A stretch of 63,659 nt of DNA, filler included, from Phoronis australis (taxonomy: Eukaryota > Animalia > Phoronida), in NCBI GenBank assembly GCA_002633005.1. It is 5 parts of 5 records of this genome, joined end to end, with 100 filler letters (N's around TTAATTAATTAA, not from the genome) between each part and the next. Parts side by side here need not be neighbours in the genome. Positions count along the whole stretch, not along the records: positions 13,967 to 32,327 come from NMRA01000336.1; positions 32,428 to 47,564 come from NMRA01000265.1; 3 more parts are not named here. The stretch is one strand, 5' to 3'. A program made the translations under genes and the position numbers. Position 1 is the stretch's first letter. Every line of letters begins with the position of its first letter. Below, one piece after another: positions 28,075 to 40,343 of the stretch. The notes beneath the pieces are model-generated. The model was not told where the DNA came from. It saw nothing but the letters and a program-made list of their open reading frames with translations, and did not search any database.

Positions 28075-28782
28075 TGTCAGAATACAGACTGACAAGTGTT
28101 TTTAGTTGTATTGTTTTGTTTTGTTGTTCTGTTTGATTGGCATGACCCCTGAGTTAAGTACAATGTTGATGTAATTTGTTTCCTGCAGAATAGTATGGAA
28201 CTTTCTAGTAGACTGAGTTCAGTAGTGATGATATAATTTGTTCACTGCAGTGTAGTGTGGAACTTTCTAGAAGACTCTAGCATGACAGTGAATAATGCCG
28301 TCTGGAATATTCTTGAGACTAGTACATTTTTGTAGAATGGTTGGGTAGATTCAGGAAAGTTCTTGAATGTGCTTGAATTGATGTAGGCTATAAATACACT
28401 AGCACCGGTTTGTGTTAGTCAGATAATCAGCAGTTCAAGAAAGTCAATAAGGAGAACTGCAGTTGAGTTGCAGTGAAGAGAATCAGCCGTTACAGCGATA
28501 GTCAATAGACAGCCAGCTTTAGAGACAGCAGGTTATTGAATCGACGAGTGTAACAGTTGCTGAACGTGTCTCAAAAGTTCATCACACGTCAAGGCTTCGT
28601 AGCACTGGCTGGAGCATAAAAAGACATTACGTCGGACATTTTGTTTGAGTGGGCTTGTGAACGTACGGTCGAGATTAATAAAGGATTATCTCGAACAAGG
28701 GTTCAGTCTATCATCGCACCGAAAGGTGTTAGCACCGGTCTGTAACAACCTGCGCTCACCCACACACAGGGAAAATGTAACA
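28075..28782 (+). mobile_element. Solo LTR (copy 1)
   Basis: TGTCAG...GTAACA termini, 5-bp TSD CCCAG/CCCAA, TATAAATA at about 28389, AATAAA at about 28677. Homologous along its length to 29602-30397. Confidence 0.85.
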
Positions 28783-29601
28783 CCCAATAGTAAAAAATGT
28801 ATTTTGTGATCAATCTACTTCTGGAAATGTCAGTTAAGAGCTGAGTAGGTGCGAGCAAAGGACATTGGAATGTCACACATACAGACAATTGACCAGCTTG
28901 ACAAACTTAATGGTCTCAGCACATTTACTCACTTTGGAGCAGTCAGAATACTTAATTGTCCTAAGAAATACAGTTGTTTTGAAAGGTATGAATGGCATAG
29001 CAGCAATGAAGAAAAGCAAGGTTGATGTCTGGCGGATGTGTGGCGTTTTGTGTAAATCTATCACAGAGTGGCATTTTAATATTTGGGAGGGTGCTACTGA
29101 AAGAATCTCTTCTAGTCAAAACGAGGACAAATTTTGCAACCTGATATCCGTGTTAGTTTTTTTTCTCTTTTTCTTCGATGAAGTGTGATGAATTTTGCTT
29201 GTAGCTGCTTGTTTTGGTGCTCAATAGTATATTTACAACAAAGTAAAAAGCAGTATTTTCCCAAATAAGTTTAAGATTGAGAATGTTTTGTCTTCTGAAA
29301 AAGGCTAAAGTTTAGTTGATGATCCCTGCGATATGCATGTGATTTCTGAAAATGAGTTACTACTGACGATAAGGTTATAGTAAGTATTCACTTGTCATTT
29401 TCCTAGCACCAGCTGGAGCGAGCATCTTCTAGAGATTGTCCTGTCATGGCCTTCTTGTATTGGACACATTGATTTGAAGTTCTTGCTGCACCCATTCTGC
29501 ACAGATCGACCTCACATAGAGGTCACCTTGCTTAGGCAAAATGTCAGCAAGATCGGTCTCAAGGTCTCCAGCCACCAGCACTGCAACAGCAGCAGTAACG
29601 G

Positions 29602-30397
29602 TGTCAGAATATAGTCTGACAGTATTTTTAGTAGCATTGTTTTGTTTTGTTGTTCTGTTGGATTGACATGACCCCTGAGTTAAGTACAATAATGATGTAA
29701 TTTGTTTACTACAGAATAGTATGGAACTATCTAGAAGACTGAGGTCAGAACAGTGATGATGTAATTTGTTTACTAAGAGTATAGTGTGGAACTTTCTAGA
29801 AGACTGTAGCATGACAGTGATTGATGAAGTCTGGAATATTCTAGAGACTAGTACATGTTTGTAGAAAGATTGGGTAGGTTCCAGAAAGTTCTGGTATGTG
29901 CTTGAATTGATGAAAAGTTCTAGAACAATGCATTAGGCTATAAATACACAAGCGCTGGTTTGTGTTAGTCAGATTAGTTACTTGAGTCCAAGAAGATTAA
30001 GGCAGTTGAGTACGAAAAGATCACGTCAGTTCAAGAGAAGATCAAGTCAGTTCAAGTAAGTTGATCAGGAGAACTACAGTTAAGTTGCAGTGAAGAGAAT
30101 CGGCGGTTACAGCGATAGTCAATAGAGAGCCAGCTATAGAGACAGCAGGTTATTGAATCGAGTGTAATAGTTGCTGGAAGTGTCTCAGAAGTTCAATACA
30201 AGTCAAGGCTTCGCAGCACTGGCTGGAGCATAAACAGACATTACGTCGGACGTTTTGTTTGAGTAGGCTTGTGAACGTACGGTCAGGATTAATAAAGGAT
30301 TAACTCGAACCAGTCTTCAGTCAATCTTCGCACCGAAAGCTATTAGCACCGGTCTGTAACAACCTGCACCCACCCACACATGGGGAAAAACGTGACA
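29602..30397 (+). mobile_element. Solo LTR (copy 2) inserted inside a BIRC6 exon
   Basis: TGTCAG...GTGACA termini, perfect 5-bp TSD AACGG (29597-29601 and 30398-30402), TATA and polyA motifs. BIRC6 coding continues on both sides. Confidence 0.92.
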
Positions 30398-31390
30398 AAC
30401 GGTAACGACGCAATTTGTGAGGATGTTACTGACGGTGATAACAATATTGTTAGTCTAAAACAGGGGACTTCCACACTGGACATTGCAGCTGCGGCACAAC
30501 AGGCATTTTACTTGGACGTCAACAATGTGTCGGACCCAGAGTTCCTGGCCAAGCACAATGCTTAGATCCTGTGCGGTCCGCTAAACTTTATGTCACAGGT
30601 TGACCTATCTAGTTAGAGTGGACTGGTCACCTTGACCAGTCCACTTGACCAGTTGGTGAAAACCATGTCTAGGCCATTTCTGATCCACATCAAGGTTCTG
30701 TTGACGGAAAAGGAACGAGAAAAGGTGAGTGTGACTACCGTGAACTCCCATGCAGCAATAGCTTGGCATTTTATTCAAAAATTTATGGTATGCAGAAATT
30801 TGAGTGTGTTCATTTATTTCTATTGTGACCAGCCGAAAGACATTCACGTGCATCTCATGTAAACAATAGGTGATGCGTTGTTTTTATTTTGGTGAATTTG
30901 ACTCTTATCTATTTTGTTAATTAATTTCAGGATGGAGACCACTTGAAACCCTCATAATAATGTAGTATTGTTATTAGATTGCATGGCGTGTTTAAATCAT
31001 TCTTTAACCTGTATAAAGCTCAATGATCACCATGAAATTGCCTAGTATTTTCCTAATGCAATGTAAAGTCATAGTTTGCTTCACCAACTTCAAACAACCA
31101 TTATGATCCACCTGACTTGTAGGAGACTAAACCCAAACGGAGAAACCTGTAGACAAATCAAAAGCCTCGGCTACGTCATCCAAGGTTGTGATCAAGTCTA
31201 ATTCTCCGAATTCACCGTGTCTGGAGTCCCTCTACACAGGGGCAGGGACCAAAAGGCCATCAGTGGGCCAAGAGGTCTCATCTCTCCCTCGCCAGAAGCT
31301 GGAGGATATCCGAGGCTGTGATTGGCTGCATGAAGTCTCTGGGACAATACGCAAGCCGCGTAAGACATCAGCGCCTACCAACAGCAATAG

Positions 31391-31610
31391 GACTGAATTT
31401 AAAAATCCCGTAAATGAATATTCTCCGCAAAAGCTTCGCTTTACAAATTTTCTCAATTTTTCGAAATGAGTGTATGAATGATTACGTGCACGTTTTCAAG
31501 TGCGTTTAGACGACCTGTGCTGTGGGGGCGGAGACCCCAACAATGTCATGTCCAGGGTCCTCAAGAGGTAAATTATGCACTATACAGAGTTGTAAAATGT
31601 CCTCATAAAT
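31391..31610. repeat. Dispersed repeat, inverted homolog at about 57440-57672
   Basis: ACTGAATTTAAAAATCC..CGCAAAAG.TTCGCTTTACAAATTTTCTC..GTTTAGACGACCTGTGC..GGGTCCTCAA is present reverse-complemented near 57.5 kb. It truncates BIRC6 block B. Confidence 0.75.
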
Positions 31611-32021
31611 TTTCTCTCATCCGCATTTAGCAGTCTTTCTATTCTCGACTGTCCCCGCCCCATGCTTAGGTTGTTGCCACGGTTTAACCCTGATACCTGA
31701 AAACTTTTGGGGGACCTATTGCCCCCACCCCCGGACATCATATTAGCTGGGGCATGATTCTGAATTTCAACCAAAACCCTTTGTGAACCATCAATGTGGT
31801 GTTGTAACACATCATAATACAATGTAATGCGCATGTTTCCTTGAAGGTTTCGTAACAAGCCACCAACAAATAATCTTCCAATGAAAGTGTTAACAAAAAA
31901 CTAAATTTCTCCAAGCTTTAACCCATTTTTAGATAAGAAGATACTTGTCAGCGTATATGTTAACTTTGCTAATGACGCAGAGTATAACTACTCTCAATGT
32001 TTGGCAAATGTGTTTCTGTAG

Positions 32022-32173
32022 GTACAATGACCTGAGTAGTATGACTGCAAATAGTATGAACAAGCCCAACAATTCACTCAAGGAAAAGAATGAAGTTCCT
32101 TTGGCATCTCACCGTAATAATGATGCTGGACCGGCCCATGTGTCTACAGCGCTGGATGCTAGACTAGAATATG
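32022..32173 (+). pseudogene. BIRC6: BIRC6-like exon, block C (follows block A in protein order)
   Basis: AG/GT-bounded exon ending HVSTALDARLEY(G), matching recalled BIRC6 SVSQALDARLEVG. Assembly gap follows at 32328. Confidence 0.75.
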
Positions 32174-35100
32174 GTGAATAACTTGGTGCAGTAATTATTA
32201 AAAATGTATGTTGCAATTCTGTTGTGGTACTAACGAAGAAGACGGTATTAGTTTGGCACTGTTATCCTGTCCGTTATGAGCAAATTAGACTAAGGTTTTA
32301 ATTGTTTTCTAGATGCATGGAGATATTNNNNNNNNNNNNNNNNNNNNNNNNNNNNNNNNNNNNNNNNNNNNTTAATTAATTAANNNNNNNNNNNNNNNNN
32401 NNNNNNNNNNNNNNNNNNNNNNNNNNNCTTCTCTTCTTCGGAGCAGTACCGGAAACAGCTGATTAGTTGCCGAAAGGTCAAACCGCACAGCATTATGGGC
32501 AACATTCGTTTGTTTTGATCACGCAGATTTTAAGAAAATAAAAAATAAAAGAAAAAATATGTACAGGCAGCAGATCGATCCCATACTTACGAAAAGTTCT
32601 AATTAAGTGTCAGAGAGTATGTTTCAATGGTTTTTATGCAGATTCACGATGTTTTTAAAACGTCTACAAACGGATAATATGACTTTAACTTAATGAAATA
32701 TTCTGTGCCAAAAACAATTAGACAATAATCACGTACTAAGGTAACATAATGGCATTATCATGCGTCGTTTTCGTCGCTCTCTCGTCATTCTTTCAAAGTT
32801 TTTAAAGTTCTTCAAAAAATGCTGTTTGCTTTATATACAAAACCCAATTATTTATTAACAATATATCCATGTAAAGTGGACAAATTTGTTGCCCTGAATG
32901 TTTCCTTAACATCTATATAATTACCAGTCATCACAATTCATAACACAACGAACGTAGAATCGGTTCAAAAATTAACCTTGGTTAATCCTTATCGTCAATT
33001 TAAATGTAGAAGAACACCCAGTGGCCAATGGCGTCAGAAATGCCCAGCAATGTTCAACCTGTATTCAAATGAGACGTTTGTAACTTACCAATATATCCCA
33101 CAATTCTTAGTCTTTGTGGACTAAAGTTTCCTTTGTGTTGGGTTGTGTTCGTAAGGCCATTTCCACCAGAAGTAGTCATCGTTGTTATAAGTACCTACAG
33201 GATGTATTGCGCATACAGGGACATGTCAGGAGGACGTCGATGATTTTAATTCCTTCCAACTCGAACAAATACTCCCGTAACCAAACTTGTTTCGAGCAGT
33301 TCTTCCTTGAGTTGCCGAATTAGGCATCTGGCCATTTTTACACTGCTGCACTCCTATTTTACCACAGAAGATAGGAGCGCGCGCAGTGTTATCTGACATC
33401 ACTTTTCCTTCATTCTGAACAGACTTCAGATGTTGCTTTTCGCGACCTGTTCAATCAGACTATGGGTGGATTGTAAGCGTTGACCACGAAGAGAGCAGGC
33501 GATTTCAGTGTAACAGAGAAGGAATAAATAATCCAATGAGTGGCGAAAACACTCAATGTAAAGAATTTTCTTTTTTGGTGTAATAGCACCAATATAGATG
33601 GATTTTCAACACAATATTTCATGGCGTAGAAAGCCGACGCAATATAGCGCTTCACATTAAGATGCCTGGAACGCGATGAACAGACTACATGTAAATTGCA
33701 TCGTGCTTCTCTGCCACTGAAACCTGCTCATCAGGTATTTTTAGGGTTTGTTTGATAAAGTTTCAATTTCTGTTCATATGAAGGCGTTTTCTTGTAGTTT
33801 CGAATTTAGAAAAAGATATGTAAACTGTTTCTCACTTTGTCTATTTTTCTCCCACAAGGCAAAGCACGTTCCCGTATTTAGTATGGAAAGACCTACACGT
33901 AGCAGATTTCCCTCAAGCATTTGAATGTGAGCGCAAGCGCGCATTAACAGGTATCACAAGTGGGAGGGAGACCATAAACCCTGTGCTAACCACAGGGTTT
34001 TCCTTGGCACGTATTTCAAAATTCATGAATTTTGTGATTTTTTTCTGGAAATTTCCTCACAGTGGAAAATGGATTACTGTACACTAGGGAATTGTTTAAA
34101 AGGTTTTCGCGATCCATGCGTCACAGCAGTCTTAAAGCTGCGTATTTATTATACAGCTTTGCACCAAGACTATTTACTAGAAGACTTTTGTCTAGTTCTT
34201 AATGATGTAAGATTATACCAGAAGCAAAATATACACATTTTATTTCGTACAGTAAGTAATTAGTATTTCGCTTACCTGGCAGCTTATTGTTTTTAATTCT
34301 AAACACCAAGGATATTATCAAAATGTAGAAAGCAACAGGGTGTAATAGTAATATAAAAAGGAAATGAACTGGAGAGGTTACATGAATGAATACTTAAGCC
34401 TACTGGAAAATAATTTTCACGAATGATTCAATAGATTTCCTCACTACAAAGACAAAGATGTCAGAAAATGGATTCCTAAGAGTTGCTGTGACGAATTTAG
34501 CCAGCATTTACTCAAAATTATACAGCTGTATATATTAATAGGACCTTTGGTGTCGTTTCGTACAAGTACATTCTTCAATAGAAATTCAGGATGCAGTGAC
34601 ATTTACAAAAAATGTACTATCTATCCAAAATTTGTAGACAGAGATTCCCGATAGATAAAAATGACCAAATGTAGCTTTGAAATGTACTGTGGATAGCTCA
34701 TTGCATTGGATGCAGTGTGTAGGACTATCCAAAGTTTAGAAATAAAACTTCTTTAGAAAAGAAACATTAATGATCCTAAAACAAGTAGGGTGTGTTATTG
34801 TAAACAAGACAAACTAGAACACATTTCTACGATTATTTTGTTACTAAAGAACATGCAATCTTGGAAAATAACAGTATTCATAACAATAAGACAATGCTAT
34901 TTTGAACGCCTGTTGCAAACATGTAGTTGTCATGGTCAATAGTCGAAAATGAAAAGCCGGACAACTGGTTCTAAGGCAAAACGCGTCGGTGAGATGTGTA
35001 CGCAACACACAAAAAACCTCCTGACGGTATTCTTATTCGAACGGAGACTTAACACCAAAAAGTTTGCGTTTTTTGTTTTTTCAGTCGAAAGGAAAATTTG

Positions 35101-35792
35101 TGGTGCTGCATAAGCTCGTGAAACGTCCAGAATTTTCTTCTTAGTTTAACGGAAAACATGTATTGGATTGGATTCTTTTACAACATAAATTTTAATTTGT
35201 TTCGACTATATTTCACGGGTTTAAGTAAATATCACAGTTAATAGTTACGTTCAGAAATAGCATTAATAAGTAAACATTGGACAAATAAATTATTTTAGAA
35301 ACAATTGAATGCATTATTAATAAATACATGAATACACGCTCCCAAGTTTGGTTACGCAACTACGATTGACTTTTTAGAAAGTTAATTAAACCAACATGTT
35401 AGTGGAGTATAATCTCGTCATTTATAATTGCTGAAGAAAAAACACTGAGAAACATGGATATGAAGCTTGAAGGGCTGTAGAATAGTATTTGCCAAAATAA
35501 TAGGATTTCTTTTAGAATGCCATTAATCTCATTAACGCGTGTCATTTAACTCAACTTTATGGCACAAAAAAGGTTTCGAATCTGCTCTGGTTCTAATTAA
35601 AGTAAAATTAATTTACTCGCCGTGAATGCACTTTTTATAATTGTCATTGTAAAGAAAGGATGTTTTCTTATACATTTGTAACACTTACAGTAGTACGACC
35701 TTAAAGGTTACCTAACAGTTATGAACATGGTGGTTTAAAAGGTAGACCCCTATCTTCGACCGCGTAACGTTCACGAACGTTTATGTTCCCAG

Positions 35793-38700
35793 ATTTTGGA
35801 GTGACATCCCTCACGGTGACAGTGCCTGATACGATCATCGCTTTCAATGGAGGCTCAGCCGTATTCGAAATCAGTTACAGTTTAAGCTCGGGAGAAAGTT
35901 TCAACAGTGTCGCTTTGATGAAGGGCATCCAAATTGTGTTTAAAGCACCCACCGTAGCGTATGGCCAATACCTTCATAACGGAAGCTTTTCTGGGATGTA
36001 CGTGTCTCGCGGTTCTACAAATTACTACTTTGGCAGAACTCGGTTCCGCATCACCTTATCGCATGTTACACCTGATGATGAAGGCATGTACACGTTGGAG
36101 ACGTCCAGAGATCTGGGCCTTCGTGATCAAGCTCATACACAACTAGTCATAGAGTGTAAGTACTTCCCTGTATTATCACTGTTTGTTTTTATCACTTGTC
36201 AGCCAAGGTATTATTTTACGATGCAATTTATTCAAAAAGACAATGAAAAGTGGACAGAAAATAGCTTGTTAAACCAGGAAAACATTGCTGGTACTTGGGT
36301 GTTTTGAAAAGTGATGGTGTTGTATTTGCTGCTTTAAAAAATAAGTATTTTCAAAATAAATGGACCTGATATCAGATAAAGTGATAATTCTTCTCCTGAT
36401 CCCAAACCATTATCGTTTATGTAGTGACTCGATAGCCAGTTTTGGTGTCGAACGACTGCAGAAGGTTCATTAAGGAGCTAACTCTGCTAAAGTTGACTAG
36501 CTATTCCATTTAAAAACTTTAGCTTGAATGCGTTTGTGTTAAACGAGAGGCGCAGGCAAAGACCACAATTTTTTGGCCTTAAACGAACACCTTTGAAAAG
36601 ATTTTTTGTTCAGGTTTCAATGACAGTCCAAAGCTGTGTCCGTGCTCGAGCTTATAATAGTAACCCACAACATCCCAGAATAACTCTCCACACCACGTGG
36701 ACCTTCATGTAATTCCTGTTTTACTTTTCATACCGTGTTTCTTTTAAGCATCGAATATGTTAATCCATTATAAGGAGTTGTACATCTTAAACAACCAAGT
36801 ATGGTGTGCTTTTTAAGAGCAGTATGTCGTCTGATCTGTTCTTCTTCATGCCATGGGATGCGTTTAAACAGTACACACCATGGATTTTTGCACATTTTGA
36901 ATTACCGGTGGCTACAGACTAAATACATGACGTAAAATTCAGCTAAACCCATCTTTATTTTGTGTAATTAGCTGAAAATTTTGATTTTTCTTTCAATTTT
37001 GCCAACTCACATTTCCCGCCATGTGACGTCATGGGTTGAACACAAGAGATCAGTGACTAGCATTGAACAATGGCGGAGAGCAGGGAATTTGAAAGCGACG
37101 ACGATTATGAGCAAGAATTGAACAAATACTATGAAGAAACGTACGGGAATGGTGGCCAGGATGAGAAAATTTGGTTGCACGAAAGCGAGAATAAGTTTAA
37201 TGCGATTCGGTAGCGTACTTTTCTACTTTAAGCCTTCAGAACTGGATCCTACCGCGAGAGAAGCGGCCTCGGGCTCGGCGAGTCAACCCAGTCATCCAAC
37301 AGGCGATCCTGAATTAAAAGCTGATGTTTATGAATGATAAATATTGTCCTTTATTGAACCAGGCCTTCATCGTAACATCTCCTGTGACTGGAGTCGAAAC
37401 ACGAGTCCTCAAAGTGGGCAGAACACAGAGTGACCCCGGACCGAATCGCTTGGCCCACGATGACGTCCAGCACTCTCGTTCGGCGCAACTTTTGTGTCTT
37501 TCGGAACACCGAGACGTTCTCCGCCTGGTTGCTGTGGCTGCAGCCTCCGGAAACACGTCTTTTGATCCTTCTACGAACATTCTCGACGCTAAATGTACTT
37601 TGCTTTTTCTTCACTCTCTGATCCGGACACTATAGCGAACGACTTGGGTTCAACCCATGACGTTGTACATAATTATTATTTTTTTCAATGTTTGCGTGTT
37701 TCTTTATGAGCTGTGCACTAAAGGCACTGAAATCTAGTAAGATATAATAATAAAATTTATTTTGAGGTACTAGAGTCATGTTGTGTACACTTTAAGTGTC
37801 GTCCAAACACAGACCTACCCTACACAAGTTACTCCTGGGAAGGGTTCCCGCTAGGTTTAGAGGCTTTGTGGATGCTATTTAAACTACCACAACTTGTCCT
37901 ACTTGTGACAAAATACTCAACGTTAGCGAAGTAGGGATTACTTGTTTTGGAGTAACTTGTGTCACTTGTGTTCAATAACGCTAGGCCCTCCCTAAAAAGC
38001 AATTCATCGCAAGATTGCATGGGATATCGCCATGTATTTTTAGGGAGAACACGCGATTGTGGCTCAATTTTTCTAGACGCGAGACCGTTACTGAAATCTA
38101 CTCTCGTCTTCTTTTGTGTATCGTATTCGCATCAGCTGCCCATGCACGGAGCGACAACCCTAGTTAGTGGAGGGTGGTGTGAACGCTCCACTTAAAATTC
38201 GTGTAAGTTGCACAAGTGCACGTTGTTTTATAGTAGGCTGTGTGTAGACGGGACAGTGCACGTTGTTCTAGGGTAGGCTATGTTTGGACGGGAGAGTGCA
38301 CGTTGTTCTAGGGTAGGCTGTGTTTGGACGGGATAGTGCACGTTGTTCTAGGGTAGGCTGTATGTGGACGGGACCTATGTCATTCACAAAATTGGTAACT
38401 CCTTGATTTATAGGATTTTTGAATTGTTAAAGCGAGACGACTGAATGTTAGTATTGCACCATTTGCAGTTCCCCCAGGCTCACCATATATATCTGGAGCT
38501 CCCACATCGCCCGTCCTTGGTGGAGCAGGAACGACAGTCCTCACGTGCACTGCCAACTTGGGCAAACCACAGGCATCTATGGTGTGGTCACGTCGGATTG
38601 GTAACGCTGCATACACGGATATAACTGAGAATACTTCAACAACTAGCACCAACAACAACGATGGAACTAATAGCGGCACCAGCGCATTAACGGTCAGCTT

Positions 38701-40343
38701 GGATACAGCTGATGATGGTGTACAGTTCAGATGTCAAGTGTCCAACAGACAGGCTACTTTGTCAGCTGAAACTGGGGCCATTACGGTGATTGGTAAATTA
38801 CCATTTAAATTGTGTTGGGCTACCCTTGCTGTTAGCCAAAACTGGGACCATTAAATGAACTGGTACGTCTTTTGAATTGGGGCCAGGTACTTCTCTCAAC
38901 AACTTTGGATATATCATTCATTCGGGTTAGGAATGTTTCCTAAGCATAGCTGCTGGTTATTGCTTGAGACCATATTCCGCTCGTAACTTTACAAGGTGTC
39001 GTGATCACATCTTGCCAAGTACTAGGTCTTTTGGGGCCTATAAGCAATAGAAGTGTAGTTTGCTTTCCATGTAGATTTCGAGTTGACATTTACTTTTCAA
39101 GAGCGACTGCACGGATATTTTTAAACAGTGAAAACTACATTTTGGCATCAGAAAAACTTCATGTGGAAAACGTGTTTGTTAATCAGGAAACCGTTGTGAC
39201 CAGCACTCATGGCTCGTGAACTGCAGATAGTAAGTTAAAGGTTGACTTCATTCTGGGACAGCTGTCAAAACAGTGCTCATATTGGTAGAATTTACTAGTA
39301 AGACCGGTATAGAAAGAAAACAAATATCAAGTTAAGTGAGATCTTGTTTTGCACTAGTTCGATTTTGCATAATCTCGTAGTCATTGAACATGAAGACATG
39401 AGCAATTACATTCCAATTTCTATGGGTGGCGCACCATTGCTAGCTGGGGGCAATAGCCTCACATATTTCTGTGCTGCACCGCCCACAATTATGTACGAGT
39501 CAGTCTTGTGCTAGCCTTCTCCGTGCCTACTTCAACATCAGTAAGGGAAACAGAGTGTTTACTTACATGTATTATGATGGACCGAAATGTATTGTTCACT
39601 CCTTGAAACACAACTTTTTAGCCCCTGTGCCTGTTACCGATGACAACATTCAAGTATGTAAGACGTCCACCACTCAGTGTACTTCACCATTTGACTACTA
39701 CATCAATGATCAAGTCAGTTTGACTTGTGGAGGTGTCACGTCATCTCCATCCATTCCCACACCTCACGAGTACAAGTGGTACCAGCAAGACAATGGACGG
39801 AGAGTTATCAGTGGGCCCGACCTCTCTTTCAAAATCACCGAATCTGAGACTGTCTACGTGTGTAGTGCGTCCAACACTGTGCGTGGTGTGACGAACACGG
39901 TGTCCAAACAAGTCACGATCAGGGCTACAGGTAGGTGTGAACATGCAGTTGGTTGATTGTTGTTTCGATGACGAATGGCTGCTAGAGGTTCAGACATATT
40001 AGTAACCCATCGGTCGACCAATAATTGCGTGTACATTCTTCAGCTTTTATTATGTGGATGTCACGGATTTTGGAAAGAAACAATAGACTTGTTATAAGAA
40101 CTTTTTGCGAATTGGTAGAGCAATAATCAGACCTAAAAATGTTTGCGATAATGACATAACTCTTAATTAATTTCAGAAATAATTATTTCCATAACAATAA
40201 TAACAGAACTGGTTTGAGACTACTTAGTGCCGGTGCTATTGTCGCTTTGTTTCATGGATCAGTTTCATGTATTTGTCCTGTACTACTTTTAGCAAAACCT
40301 ACGAGATCACTGCCAGCTGGGGACACAACGCCTTCTAAAGACA
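35793..40343 (+). CDS. Immunoglobulin-superfamily protein, partial (V-like + C2 + Ig + stalk)
   Basis: Four open, phase-1, AG/GT-bounded exons: 35793-36155 (ITLSHVTPDDEGMYTL), 38469-38792 (LTCTANLGKPQASMVW..DDGVQFRCQVSN), 39622-39930 (VSLTC..YKWY..YVCSASN) and 40293-40343 (Pro/Thr stalk). Leader and TM exons not located. Confidence 0.85.
36868..37791. mobile_element. Small Kolobok deletion derivative in Ig-gene intron
   Basis: TTAA on both sides (36864-36867, 37792-37795). Imperfect 15-bp TIR ACAGTACACACCATG / CATGTTGTGTACACT. Minus-strand THAP remnant (GGCSHSN..LCSAHFEDSCF, 37351-37614) converges on an acidic plus-strand stub from ATG 37070. Confidence 0.75.
38215..38374. repeat. Minisatellite, 4 x 40 bp
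   Basis: Unit AGTGCACGTTGTTCTAGGGTAGGCTGTGTTTGGACGGGAN four times. One partial inverted copy at about 37800-37828. Confidence 0.9.

Larger units (their letters stand above)
27730..31390 (+). pseudogene. BIRC6: BIRC6-like pseudogene, block B (N-terminal quarter of protein)
   Basis: Exon ending 27945: ELTLFENLMPH*SATLLPCWYEIQQEQQQ*HHPQHL..QHTRTWKLQQD. Exon 29407-30724, split by a solo LTR: STSWSEHLLEIVL..IGHIDLKF..IEVTLL / ILCGP..VDLS..GLVTLTSP..FLIHIK. Exon 31123-about 31390: EDIRGCDWLHEVSGTIRK. These match recalled BIRC6 PCWVEVQQEQQQRRHPQHL, HTRTWKLQ, GHVDFKF and LRGCDLLQEVSVTIR. Confidence 0.88.

Noticed and set aside
34069-34760. Candidate leader exon for the Ig gene (GTAAGT at 34252)
   Set aside because: No convincing signal peptide. 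The region looks more like a very decayed LINE 3' end, too weak to annotate.
38215-38374. Possible CRISPR-like array (also 11190-11895)
   Set aside because: Units are head-to-tail without unique spacers, or are degenerate and irregular. Eukaryotic context with no cas genes.
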